In this document: in pieces, positions 30,219 to 40,145 of the stretch
How positions within the stretch are numbered: position 1 is the stretch's first letter
How the letters are laid out: every line of letters starts with the position of its first letter
Origin: a virus
Lineage: Duplodnaviria; Heunggongvirae; Uroviricota; Caudoviricetes
IMG/VR virus record: IMGVR_UViG_3300028601_000019
Coordinates: 68,130 to 132,129 of that record
DNA length: 64,000 nt
Reading direction: 5' to 3' (one strand)
The notes under the pieces: generated by a model
The model's input: only the letters and a program-made list of their open reading frames with translations
The model's database searches: none
Told to the model about the DNA's origin: nothing
Program-made: the position numbers and the translations under genes

Positions 30219-30760
30219 TTTTCATACCCAGTTTCAACCAACTCACGACACCGTATAGAAGATATAATACCTTCTCTGTTAGAAAAGTAAACCATGTTCA
30301 ATCCAAGAAACTTAAGAAAGCTTTGACACATTGGGCAAGGATAAGCAAGAGAAAAGTTTCCAGACTTGTTAATTCTTACAACAAGGATATTTGCGCCCTT
30401 TGCCTTAGACCAATCTTTTAAAGAAAGAATGGCTGCTTGTTCAGCATGGATTGTATTATCAAAATTCTTATACTTAGGGTGAATTCTTCCATTACCTCTA
30501 ATCTCATTGCAACCAGAAGACAAAATACGGCTACCCTTAAAGATAACTGCCCCCATCTTATATGGATCATAAGTTGAAGAGTTTGCTTCTTCTATTGCTC
30601 TTTCTATTATTCCTAAATGCATATTTTTCTCATTGTCATCACTAAAATCACAAACATATTCTTTTTTGAAGAAATCATATTTGTGATTCTTAAAATATTC
30701 TAAGGTTATAAAATCACAAACATATTTTCAATCAGTTTCATGTTTCATACAACTTCCCAT
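30194..30760 (-). CDS. Zn-dependent CMP/dCMP-type deaminase; 46-aa N-terminal extension through one TGA
   Basis: HAEQAAI and PCPMC motifs. ATG 30760 abuts the upstream TAA and is in frame with ATG 30622. Confidence 0.8.
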
Positions 30761-31285
30761 TTACCCTTTTTGCCCAGATAAAATTTCAAAGAAAAGATTA
30801 ACTACCTTACATTCAAGATCATATTTGGTTCCAAGATTTTCAATAACAAAATCATACTTGAAATTTTTAACATTTCTATCTGCGTCATTACTGAATGACT
30901 TTACATTAGTCCTTTCAACGAGGATTGTAAACACTTTTGTTTTGGATTGTGAAAGAATATCCTTAAAAAGTTGAATTTCTTTAGGTTCACGAATATGAAA
31001 GAATCCAAGATATGGACCCTCAAATGTTGAAATTTGAGAAATCATATAATTTATTGAATGATCATAATGCTTACTTGCCAACATTTTTAATTGGTGAAGA
31101 AATTCTCTGTCAGAATCATTTTTTGCACCTGTCCAACCCAAAATTTTGGCAGCTTCCCTAACCTTATCAATAGATGAAACATTATAAACATTATAATGTT
31201 TCAAAAAATTATTATATACCAAATCAACAACAGTATCCTTTCCAGAAGTCCCAGAACCATTGATTATAAAAATAAAATTTTCCAT
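30761..31285 (-). CDS. Deoxynucleoside monophosphate kinase-like protein
   Basis: INGSGTSGKDT, IDKVREAA..LGW.G.K...DREFL, HIREP.E. Confidence 0.75.
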   Translation of the reverse strand: MENFIFIINGSGTSGKDTVVDLVYNNFLKHYNVYNVSSIDKVREAAKILGWTGAKNDSDREFLHQLKMLASKHYDHSINYMISQISTFEGPYLGFFHIREPKEIQLFKDILSQSKTKVFTILVERTNVKSFSNDADRNVKNFKYDFVIENLGTKYDLECKVVNLFFEILSGQKG

Positions 31286-31887
31286 TAGCTAACCCTTGTT
31301 TTCATTTCTTTATTGATTGCCCATAGCATCGAATCAATCTTTTTCCGTTCTCTTTCGTAGTGATGCCCCCAAAAATCAAGCATGTCAAGAACAGACACAT
31401 TCATTGATTCCTCTTCAATAATTTCTTGCAATATTCCCATATCATAATATGCAGATCTTGAACATGGTCTATTTTGATCGACATTATAATGTTTATTAAT
31501 TGTAACAAAACCTTTCCCGTCACCATCAACATCAACAATCATTTCAATTAAAACTTTGCTCATACACACTCCTTACATATTTTTGACATTTTTAATAGAT
31601 TTCAAAAGAATTCGTTTTTCTACGCCATAAAAATTAATAAAGGCACATCTCTCATTAGTCTTAATGAGATCATAATAAAATCCTCTATAATTAACTTGCT
31701 TAGAACCAAAGTATTTATGATTTTGCATAAGATTTAATCTTTTAAATCCATCAAGAAAATTTTCTTTTGTACTTGATGTTTTAACTCTGATATCTTTTAC
31801 CTTTGTTTTCCAAAAATTAACTTCGAAATAATCAAGATCATTATTTCGAGTTCGGAAAATTTCAAACTTTCCAGAGAGATTTTCCAA
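31285..31887 (-). other. Two hypothetical genes (31285-31569, 31573-31887)
   Basis: Abutting intact ORFs. Confidence 0.55.
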
Positions 31888-31915
31888 AGAACTTTTAATT
31901 GTAAAAATTCCGTTT

Positions 31916-32230
31916 TTATCAGTATTTAGATTTTTTTACAAACCAAGCTTCATGAGTTCCTTTACTATCAGTAAATCGAACTTTCATTCCAGGTTTAAAC
32001 TGTCTGCGATGAAAAATAAAATTAAAAGTAATCCAATCAATACTAGATTTAGATTTTGTCGAATCAGATTTATCGGAAGATCCCTTGATTAATCCCCATT
32101 GAATGGCTAATCTCATGAGTTCAGAAGGATTATTTTTATTTGACATGATTTGACTAATCTTGACACCAGGATCCTTGACAGTAGGATTCAGATCAGGATG
32201 AACCAATCTAATCAATTCCTTATAATTCAT
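31916..32230 (-). CDS. J-domain-like (HPD) protein; ends TGA-TAA
   Basis: YKELIRLVHPDLNP. First gene behind promoter 32268-32296. Confidence 0.55.
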
Positions 32231-32267
32231 TTTAAACTCACTTGTTAATTGTTGATTTGATGAATTT

Positions 32268-32296
32268 AGATTAACAAAAAACAGAAACATTGTACA
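32268..32296 (-). promoter_or_regulatory. Early-type promoter TGTACA-N17-TAATCT
   Basis: Exact spacing, with a TG extension before the -10 box. Confidence 0.65.
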
Positions 32297-32451
32297 CAAT
32301 TATTTTTCATTGTTTACCCAATCAATAATACCCATTAATCTATACCCTCCGTACTAAGTTAATATATTAACTATCATATTCCTCCGGAGTTGTAAACAAA
32401 GAAAATGAAAATAAGTAAAATTTTTGTTGTCTTATGAAACAAGTCCTAGAA

Positions 32452-32630
32452 ATTCAAGATTCTGGCACTTCCGGATACTGCCAATAATATCAATAACTTA
32501 GGGACTTTGAGTTTTCTTAGTTTTCCTAATGAATCTAAATACTTAGAAGAAATCCTCAAAAAACATATGAATCTGGTGTATAATTATATTGATTTTTTGT
32601 AGGATTCATAAATGTTAATTATTATAATAA
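32452..32630 (+). repeat. Copy 1 of a dispersed ~180-bp non-coding element
   Basis: Shares a 40-bp identical core (32514-32553) and several other blocks with the inverted copy at 52300-52476. Confidence 0.9.
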
Positions 32631-32644
32631 CATAACTTTCTTTG

Positions 32645-32673
32645 TTTACAAGCTAAATTTTCTAAGTTAAATA
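32645..32673 (+). promoter_or_regulatory. Promoter-like TTTACA-N17-TAAATA for the helicase operon
   Basis: Exact spacing, 41 nt before ATG 32715. Confidence 0.55.
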
Positions 32674-32714
32674 GTAATAATGAATTTGAATATCAACGGA
32701 GGAGATCCCTATTA

Positions 32715-34043
32715 ATGTCAGTTTTATCGCCAGAATATTTAGAAAAGGTAATTTTAAAATCATTTACTGAAGATAAGCATTTTTGCACTCTACTCTCAAC
32801 TGAAGGAGAAGAACGATATTTTGAAAATGTCGAAGCATCTGAAATTTTTACTATTGTAAAAGAATACTATCATAAGTACATAGATCTTCCAACAAAAGAT
32901 GTCATTATTAATTCTTCCAAAAAGTCTAAAGAAGTTGCTAAGTATTTGGAAGACATTGCTAGTGTTGAAACTTCAAATGATATGTTTCTATATGAGCAAA
33001 CCGAAAAATGGCTTAAAGAGTCAGCGTTCAAATACGCCATTATGGACAGTGTTGATCTTGTTAAGAAAAAAGATGATATTACAAAGGCCCGAGAATATAT
33101 TGAACAGGCTTTAACCAAAACATTAAAAAAGCAAATTGGTTTGGACTATTGAGGAGATTTATCTGAAAGATTAAAAAGGATGTTTTCTGCAGAAAATCAG
33201 AGAATTCCAACATATTATCCTCAACTAGATGAATTTATGAATGGTGGGCTGCCGCCATATACTCTTTCTGTTATATGTGCTGCTATGCATTCAGGTAAGA
33301 GCAATTTGATGGTGAATATGGCTACTAGACAGATGATGCATGGTCATAGTGTCATGTATCTTAGTTTGGAAATGGCTGAAGATGAACTTGCAAAACGCGT
33401 AGATGCTCAATTAACTAAGTTAGATATCAATAGAATTTACGATACAAAAAAGAAAGAATTTCTTACTAATTTAAAGAATGTTAAAACAGGGCAAGAAGGA
33501 AGATTGTTGTTTAAACAATTTCCTACTGGAACAGCAAGTGTTAATGATTTTAGAAGTTATTTGTATGAACTTCAAATGCGTAATATTAACATTGATTGCA
33601 TTTATGTAGATTATCTTAATATTATGAAGCCAACTTCCTCTAGTGGCGATGGCAATCTTTATACAGATGTAAAGAAAATAGGAGAAGAACTTAGAGCGTT
33701 AACATATATATTTAAATGTCCTTGCGTTACAGCTACCCAAACTACCCGTTGTTTAGAAATTGGTTCCTCTGTCACTATATTATCTGACGGCATTGAAAAG
33801 GATATAGAAATAAAGAATATTAATTATGGGGATGCTATAAAAACAGATTGTGGATTTAATGTAGTAACACAGGTTTTTCCAATAGAAAAACAAAAAACGT
33901 TTAAGGTAATATTAAAAGATGGAAACTCAATATCATGCAGCAACAAACATCTTTTTCCTGCCTATGATAAATATGGTAATTTCATAGATAATATGAATAT
34001 GTATGAAATCAAAAGCAGAGGATTATTTTTAATGACTGAGTAG
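32715..34043 (+). CDS. 41: Replicative helicase gp41 N-extein (345 aa) fused to split-intein IntN, code 4
   Basis: Two track ORFs joined by TGA 33150. Walker A AMHSGKS, YLSLEMAE, IYVDYLNI, GEELRAL, TATQTTR, then intein Cys1. Confidence 0.92.
33750..34040 (+). mobile_element. Split intein N-part (97 aa, gp41-1-like)
   Basis: CLEIGSSV...GFNVVTQVFPIEKQKTFKVILKDGNSISCSNKHLFP: blocks A and B with the TxxH-equivalent SxxH. Ends at TAG 34041. Confidence 0.9.
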
Positions 34044-34406
34044 CCGTTACACATTCTTTTGAAAATTTATGTAGGTATTCCGGGTTCAAAAGAATTTTAT
34101 TTAAAAGAAGAATCTTTTAGATATTTCTATGATTTCACCATTCCAAGATTAAAAATTTGTATAGAATATAATGGTGAACATGTTCATCCAAACCCAGAAT
34201 GATTAGAAGAAGATATTGAAAGATGAAATAAATGACGACATTTTTATTCACATAGCTCTTCTGATGTTATATATAAAAAAGATAAAAATAAAATTGATGA
34301 AATTATTAACTGCGGCTATAAAACACTAATAATATGATTTGAGACTAATATAGACAAAAATATTTATCTATGTAAAAAATTTATATTAGATAATCTAAAC
34401 AAATAA
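34044..34406 (+). mobile_element. Vsr-like (PD-(D/E)xK) homing endonuclease between the intein halves, code 4 (4 TGA); absent from the ORF track
   Basis: YFYDFTIPRLKICIEYNGEHVH...W...K.....GYKTLII-W. No ATG; the candidate start is TTG 34059. Confidence 0.8.
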
Positions 34407-34422
34407 AAAGGAGACTTTATTA

Positions 34423-34827
34423 ATGGGTAAATTTGTGCAGATTTCAGAAATTGAAGATATAGGTGAATGTGAAACTATAGATATAACAACATCTGGAAAT
34501 AATTTGTTTTTTGCAAATGGAATTTTAACACACAATTCCGGGATAACATCACAGATAGGTGAAATTACTTTTGCAATGTTATCGGAGTCTATTGGAACTG
34601 CTGCAACCGCAGATTTCATTATGGTTCTTGGTAATGATAGTGATTCACTTGTATATCAAAATGAAATTTTTTATAAAATACTTAAGAACAGACTTGGCGG
34701 CAGAGTAGGAGAAATTTCCAAATTTTATCAAGATGATAAGTCTTTAAAAATGTATGATTCTGTTGAATTAGATAATTGGATTTCAGATGCATCTATTTCT
34801 GGTGCATGTGTAAATATGGCAAATTAA
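34423..34827 (+). CDS. 41: Split intein IntC (38 aa) + helicase gp41 C-extein (96 aa)
   Basis: Own RBS (aaggag). TIDITTSGNNLFFANGILTHN/S, then SESIGTAATADF and KILKNRLGG. Confidence 0.92.
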   Translation: MGKFVQISEIEDIGECETIDITTSGNNLFFANGILTHNSGITSQIGEITFAMLSESIGTAATADFIMVLGNDSDSLVYQNEIFYKILKNRLGGRVGEISKFYQDDKSLKMYDSVELDNWISDASISGACVNMAN

Positions 34828-34855
34828 AAATAAATAAAATAAAGGAGAATATATT

Positions 34856-35908
34856 ATGACAGAAGAACAAACTATCCCACTAACAGGCACAAAGGTTCCA
34901 GTAAACTTTGTATATGAAAATGAAGAAGGCAATGAAGAAGAATTTTCTATTGAATTAGATTCACAAGTTTTTTATATTCTTTGCCAAGAAGCAATGAAAC
35001 GTGGTGTTCGTGTTGAAGAGTTTATTTTAGATTCTTTAATGGAATCTATGGAGGAATTTGATGGAGAGCGTAGTTAATATAAAGGATGTTATTCTTACTT
35101 GAATTTCTAAGAATAAAAGATATGCTACCAACAATTTAAAGCAGCATAAAGATATTTTTGATATTTTATTTTATTTGCTTTTGGAAGAATTTATCAATAA
35201 TGCATCTGAAGAGCAATTAGAATTAATGATTGACTCTGTGTGTGTAAAATATCAAAAAGATGCTATTTGTGAATCAACGATTGAGCAATTTAAAGAGATT
35301 ATTATGAGAAATAAAAAGCCAGTGACGGAAATTGTTTAGTGATAATTATATTACAATTTATTTCTATGTTTCTTATGATGTTAACATTACAGGGATCCTA
35401 TAATATAATGTTTCTAGGTATTGGTAAAGAACATTTAAATACTATTGGATTGTTTTTTATTACTGCTGTTTGTCTTTTCGCTTTAAGTTTATAAATTGTA
35501 CCAGGAGAATATATGGGAAAAAATGAGAATATTTTGGTTTCTTTCACATTCGAAGAACAAGAACAACATTTTAAAATTAAAAAGAATAAGTTAAATATTG
35601 GTGAAGAAATAGTAAAGTTTATATGTTATTTAGAAGATTATAAAATGTTGGAATATTTTACAAAATTAGTGCGTAATAAACAATTAAACTTTAAAGAGGC
35701 ATTTTGTATAACCAATTTAAAAAAAGATACTTTAGTTGAAGAGATTTTTAATAGGGGCGAAGAAAATTTTGTTTGCGAATATGTTTTAGATTTTGACTGT
35801 GAATATCTATGTCATATAAAAACATCTTTATTGGGGTTTAGAAACTATACTGCTTATCCATTTGAACAATTGGCAGAGTATCCATATTCAGAAAAATTTC
35901 AGGAGTAA
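34856..35908 (+). other. Hypothetical genes 34856-35077, 35061-35339 (1 TGA, missing from the track) and 35513-35908
   Basis: Abutting ORFs in the helicase operon. Confidence 0.55.
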
Positions 35909-35914
35909 TTTGTT

Positions 35915-36838
35915 ATGTCTACTATTATGTTCGATTTTGAAAATTTGGCTTTAAGATGTTTTTATGGAAATTCTGATGTTGAACCAGAATCTGAATGCCC
36001 AAATTATGATTATTGGGAATATATTACTTTCAACTCTATCTATAGAATGCTTTTCAAAGAGAGAATTCATGAAGTTGTTTTGGCTTTGGATTCCAATTCT
36101 TGGCGAAAAATTGTTTACCCTCATTACAAAGCACATCGAAAAAAGAAAAAAGAAGAGTCTAAAGTTAATTGGAATTTATATGCAGAAAAGAAACAAGCCT
36201 TTTTAAACAAGGTTCAAGAATATCTCCCCTTTAAGGTTATTTCTGTTAATAGAGCAGAAGCAGATGACATCTTAGGAACTCTTATAAATCATAAGAAAAC
36301 AGAAAATGCCATTATTGTTTCAATGGATGCCGATTATCTTCAACTTTCCGATAAATGTAGGATATATAGTCCTATCAAAAAAGAATATGTAAAAGTTTCT
36401 AATGTTGAAAAATTTCTTCTTTATACCTCTTTATGTGGTCAAAAGAAAGATAATATTTTTAATGTAAAAACTCCTTGGGATTGGCCTGAAGAGCGCAAAA
36501 AACCACCTTTTGGTGAAAAGGGAATTGATAAACTTATTTTAAATGATGAATTAGATAAGTTTCTTGATACTCCGATTGAATATGAATTTAAGGATGAAGA
36601 AGAAAAGGTGATTTATGCTTCAAAAGTACTTCCAAGAGAAATGTATAACATAAATAGAAAGTTAATTGATTTTACTTTTACACCCAAAGTAATGGCAGAT
36701 AAGACTATTGATACATATGAAAATTATAATATGAATTCTAGTCCTGATAAGTTATATGAATTTTTCAGAATTCAAAATTGGAAAGAAGCTTTAGAAAATT
36801 TTACTCAAGTAGAATCTAAACTTTTAGAGTTGTACTAA
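35915..36838 (+). CDS. rnh: T4 RNase H-like 5'-3' exonuclease
   Basis: FDFENL, LALDSNSWRK..YP.YKAHR, AEADDILG, IVSMDADY.QL, GQKKDNI. Confidence 0.88.
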   Translation: MSTIMFDFENLALRCFYGNSDVEPESECPNYDYWEYITFNSIYRMLFKERIHEVVLALDSNSWRKIVYPHYKAHRKKKKEESKVNWNLYAEKKQAFLNKVQEYLPFKVISVNRAEADDILGTLINHKKTENAIIVSMDADYLQLSDKCRIYSPIKKEYVKVSNVEKFLLYTSLCGQKKDNIFNVKTPWDWPEERKKPPFGEKGIDKLILNDELDKFLDTPIEYEFKDEEEKVIYASKVLPREMYNINRKLIDFTFTPKVMADKTIDTYENYNMNSSPDKLYEFFRIQNWKEALENFTQVESKLLELY

Positions 36839-36839
36839 T

Positions 36840-37193
36840 ATGGAAATTTCTCTTGCTATTGTAGGTTCCAGAACATTTAATAACTATAAAATGTTATGTG
36901 GCCTCATTAAAATTCTTGAAAGGAAATATACAATAAAGAAAATTGTTTCTGGTGGAGCACAAGGAGCAGATTCTTTAGGTGAAAGATATGGCAAAGAAAA
37001 TAACATTGAAACACTCATTTTTCCAGCAGATTGGGATAAACACGGTAAGGCGGCAGGATTCATAAGGAATAAAACTATTGTTGATAATAGTGATGTGGTT
37101 CTTGCTCTTTGGGATGGTAAGTCAAAAGGTACACAACACACTATTAACATTGCAAAGGACAAGAATAAAAAGGTTTACATTAAGGAGTTTTAG
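36840..37193 (+). CDS. SLOG-family (DUF2493/YspA-like) protein
   Basis: IVGSRTF, IVSGGAQGADSLGERY, FPADWDKHGKAAGFIRN, WDGKSKGT. Confidence 0.85.
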   Translation: MEISLAIVGSRTFNNYKMLCGLIKILERKYTIKKIVSGGAQGADSLGERYGKENNIETLIFPADWDKHGKAAGFIRNKTIVDNSDVVLALWDGKSKGTQHTINIAKDKNKKVYIKEF

Positions 37194-37580
37194 ATGTATA
37201 TTGTTGTAGATTATAAGACAAACAACAGAGTCAAAGAAAGTTTCTCAACTTTTATGGAAGCTTTTAAAGTATATAATGAAATTAATAACCCAACTTATAA
37301 AATTGAATTTTGAGATTTTGAAGATAAAACATGTAAGCTTGTGTGAACAAATTCATATGAAGAATATCTAATTTAAGGGGATTTTATGAACAGATTGCTT
37401 TGTAAAGATTGCGTCAATTTTCTTATGCATAAAAAGAATTTATGTCATTGCGATTATGAACATTGGACTGATGTGCCATATAAGGATGCTATACTTTTTT
37501 GTGCAGAGATGTTTGAATGTTCTAATCATGAAGTTCTCTATATTAACAATAAAAAGGTAAAACTAGAAGTTCACGAATAA
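37194..37580 (+). other. Two small genes: 37194-37376 (2 TGA) and 37386-37580 (Cys-rich)
   Basis: ATG 37194 abuts the previous TAG; open under code 4. Confidence 0.5.
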
Positions 37581-37582
37581 TA

Positions 37583-38587
37583 ATGTTAGATTTACAATTT
37601 GTTTATATTTTCATATTAGAAAATTATCCTAATGTAAGTGTGTCTCGAAATGGGACACACTTCAATTTTAGGTGTCCTTTTTGTGGTGATTCAGAAAAAT
37701 CGTCAAGAAAAAAGCGTTTTCATGTTCAATATGTTTCTGATGAAACTATTTTTTTCAACTGTTTCAACTGTCCTGCTTCTGGAAATTTTTATGATTTGTT
37801 CGCTTTTAATCAAGGAATTTCTTCTGAAGAAGCATATAAAAAACTTAGAAAATTTAATGAGGAAGGAATCAAGAAAAGCCTTACTTCTAAAAATGAATTT
37901 CATAAAAAAGAAATAGATTATTCCAAATATGAAAATTTTAATAATTTTTTAAAGAAGGATTGCTTGTCTATAGATTCTATTCCTTCTTCATATTATCAGA
38001 CTCAGCTTTTAGAATATTTGAAAATGTTTAAAGAGTCTAGAAAAATTTCTTCTGATCTTTTTGTATGTCATTCTGGAACTTTTAATAAAAGAATAATCAT
38101 ACCAATTTTTGAAAATGATATATGTATATTCTTTCAGGGAAGAAGAATTTTAGAATCTCAATACCCAAAATATTTAAACCCAACCGTAGAAAAAGAAAAC
38201 ATTATTCTTAATAAGGGAAATTTTGATAAGGAAAAGTTCATTATTATTACTGAAGGTATTTTAGACGCTGATTCTATTGGAAAACAAGGAACAACGTGTC
38301 TTGGTGCAAATATTAGTGAATCTTTCCTTACTGAACTATTTAAACACACAAACTGTGGTGTAATTCTTGCGTTAGATAATGATAAAACAGGGCAAGAACA
38401 GCTTTATAATATTTTTAAAAGAAGCGAATATAATAAAAAACTAAAATACTTTACTCTTAATAAAGAAAAAGATTTAAATGAGTTCAAAATCAATAATCCT
38501 CTTATAGATATCTATAAATACGTTATAGATAATGCTTTAAGTTATCTAGAAGCATATACACAATTAAGCATAAGGGGAAATTTTTAA
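37583..38587 (+). CDS. 61: DNA primase (gp61-like)
   Basis: Zn finger CPFCGDS...CFNC, RIIIP, FQGR, KYLN, ITEGILDA, ALDND. Confidence 0.92.
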   Translation: MLDLQFVYIFILENYPNVSVSRNGTHFNFRCPFCGDSEKSSRKKRFHVQYVSDETIFFNCFNCPASGNFYDLFAFNQGISSEEAYKKLRKFNEEGIKKSLTSKNEFHKKEIDYSKYENFNNFLKKDCLSIDSIPSSYYQTQLLEYLKMFKESRKISSDLFVCHSGTFNKRIIIPIFENDICIFFQGRRILESQYPKYLNPTVEKENIILNKGNFDKEKFIIITEGILDADSIGKQGTTCLGANISESFLTELFKHTNCGVILALDNDKTGQEQLYNIFKRSEYNKKLKYFTLNKEKDLNEFKINNPLIDIYKYVIDNALSYLEAYTQLSIRGNF

Positions 38588-39054
38588 TGATAATTTCTAA
38601 ATATAAAGAAGATTATATAGAGGTAGATGAGCACTGACTTCGAATTAATGAGGATGTAATTCAGAAAAAAATTCATCTTGTAAAATTAGATTTTAAATAT
38701 CCAACAGAAGAAAAATTAGATCAGTTACTATATATATTACCCAAAACAAATAGATTTATTATAGAAAACAATGTTCGTTTTTACAATGACTATTTCAAGA
38801 AAACAAAGAAAAAATTCTATGTAGAAAATTCATTTAAAGATCAAAAAAGGTTTATTTCCTTTTTAAGAAAGAATAATAAAATCCTTTTAGATTTTACTAA
38901 AATAGATTCATTAAGTTTAAAACATATTTTGTTAGAATTAAATTGAGAAGATCTATTAAATAATATTGAAATCTTAAAAATATCTTTTGTTGATTTTGAG
39001 CTATATAGATCTCGATTTTCTCAATGAGATGGCAATATTATTATAATGGAATAA
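38587..39054 (+). CDS. Hypothetical protein, 155 aa, code 4 (3 TGA); absent from the track
   Basis: TAATG-coupled to primase; open only with TGA = Trp. Confidence 0.65.
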
Positions 39055-39056
39055 AC

Positions 39057-39851
39057 ATGGAAAAAATAGCCTTTGGACCATATTTAGGAGATTTTAGATG
39101 TGAAGTCTTTTATTTTTTACCTTATATTAGATGAGTTAAAGATGTTTTGTCGCCCAAAGAAATTTATATCTCTTCTCATTTTAATAGAAAATTTTTATAT
39201 CATGGGTTAGCAACAGAATTTTTTCCAATAAATCCTATGATAAGCGCAGATGAAATTTCTCAAAAGAATCATTTTAACAAAAATATATATAAAACTCACT
39301 ATAATGTATTAGAAAAAGATTTTAAATCTAATTTTGACGAAGACAATATACAATTTTATAATTTTGAATATAATAAGTATAAAATGCCGTGTTCTATGTT
39401 TCAACTTAAATTTGATAGGCTGAATTTTGATATCAGATATAGAATGGAGGATAAGATTTTATTTATTCCGGATAGAAATGAAAAAGAATCTTATCTGGGT
39501 GGTGTATTATCTTATTTGACAACTATTTTGGGTAATAAATTGGTTGTTGCAGGAGATTCCAAAACTCATTTAAATGATAAAAATGTTCTATTAAATAGCA
39601 TTAATTATCATGATATAGTATATAAAGAGTTAGTAAATTATATATCATCCTGTAAAGCAGTAATTTGCCCTGCTTCTGTTTGAAGCGGTATTGCAAATTT
39701 ACAAGAAAGACCTATATTATCATGAGGAAATAGAATTTCAGAATATAAAGATGGTAAATACTATTTTAATAATAAAAAAGGAAAATTTTACCCTAAACTT
39801 GAACTAAACAATCTTATAAAGTGTATAGATAAATTTTTGGAGGAATTGTAA
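39057..39851 (+). CDS. GT-B/GT9-like glycosyltransferase, 264 aa, code 4 (3 TGA)
   Basis: FGPYLGDFRCE...PYIR-W and CKAVICPASV-W-SGIANLQERPILS-W-G. Confidence 0.55.
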
Positions 39852-39854
39852 AAC

Positions 39855-40139
39855 ATGTTAAAAATCCATGATGCGTATTGCCTTTGCGGCTATGAAGATG
39901 AAATTTTTTGCGAAGATGATAATTTTGGTTTGTGTCCAATTTGTGGAAAACAACTACTAAAGGCCTTTTCTACCTTCAATTTTGAATTGAAGTATAATCC
40001 AAAGAAAGATAAAGTAGCATGGGCATCTTCTAATTATGAAGAATCTCAATATTGAAAAGCAGTAAAAGAAGAAAAATTTACTACTGGGAAAACACCTTCT
40101 CATCCTGGATCGTGTGATCATCCCGTTACAAGGAAGTAG
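39855..40139 (+). CDS. FmdB-like Zn-ribbon protein, 94 aa, code 4
   Basis: C.CGY.DE...CPICG and ESQY-W-K. Confidence 0.6.
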
Positions 40140-40145
40140 AAAACT

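Noticed and set aside
34041-34043. General TAG reassignment (code 15)
   Set aside because: TAG ends many genes whose successors start within a few bases (398, 2864, 3245, 5041, 37193). Only local leakiness at 34041 remains possible.
38513-38520. TATAAATA as proof of a late promoter for the glycosylation operon (also 10064, 22878, 52308)
   Set aside because: The position is suggestive, but this octamer is expected many times by chance in such AT-rich DNA. It was not used as independent evidence.
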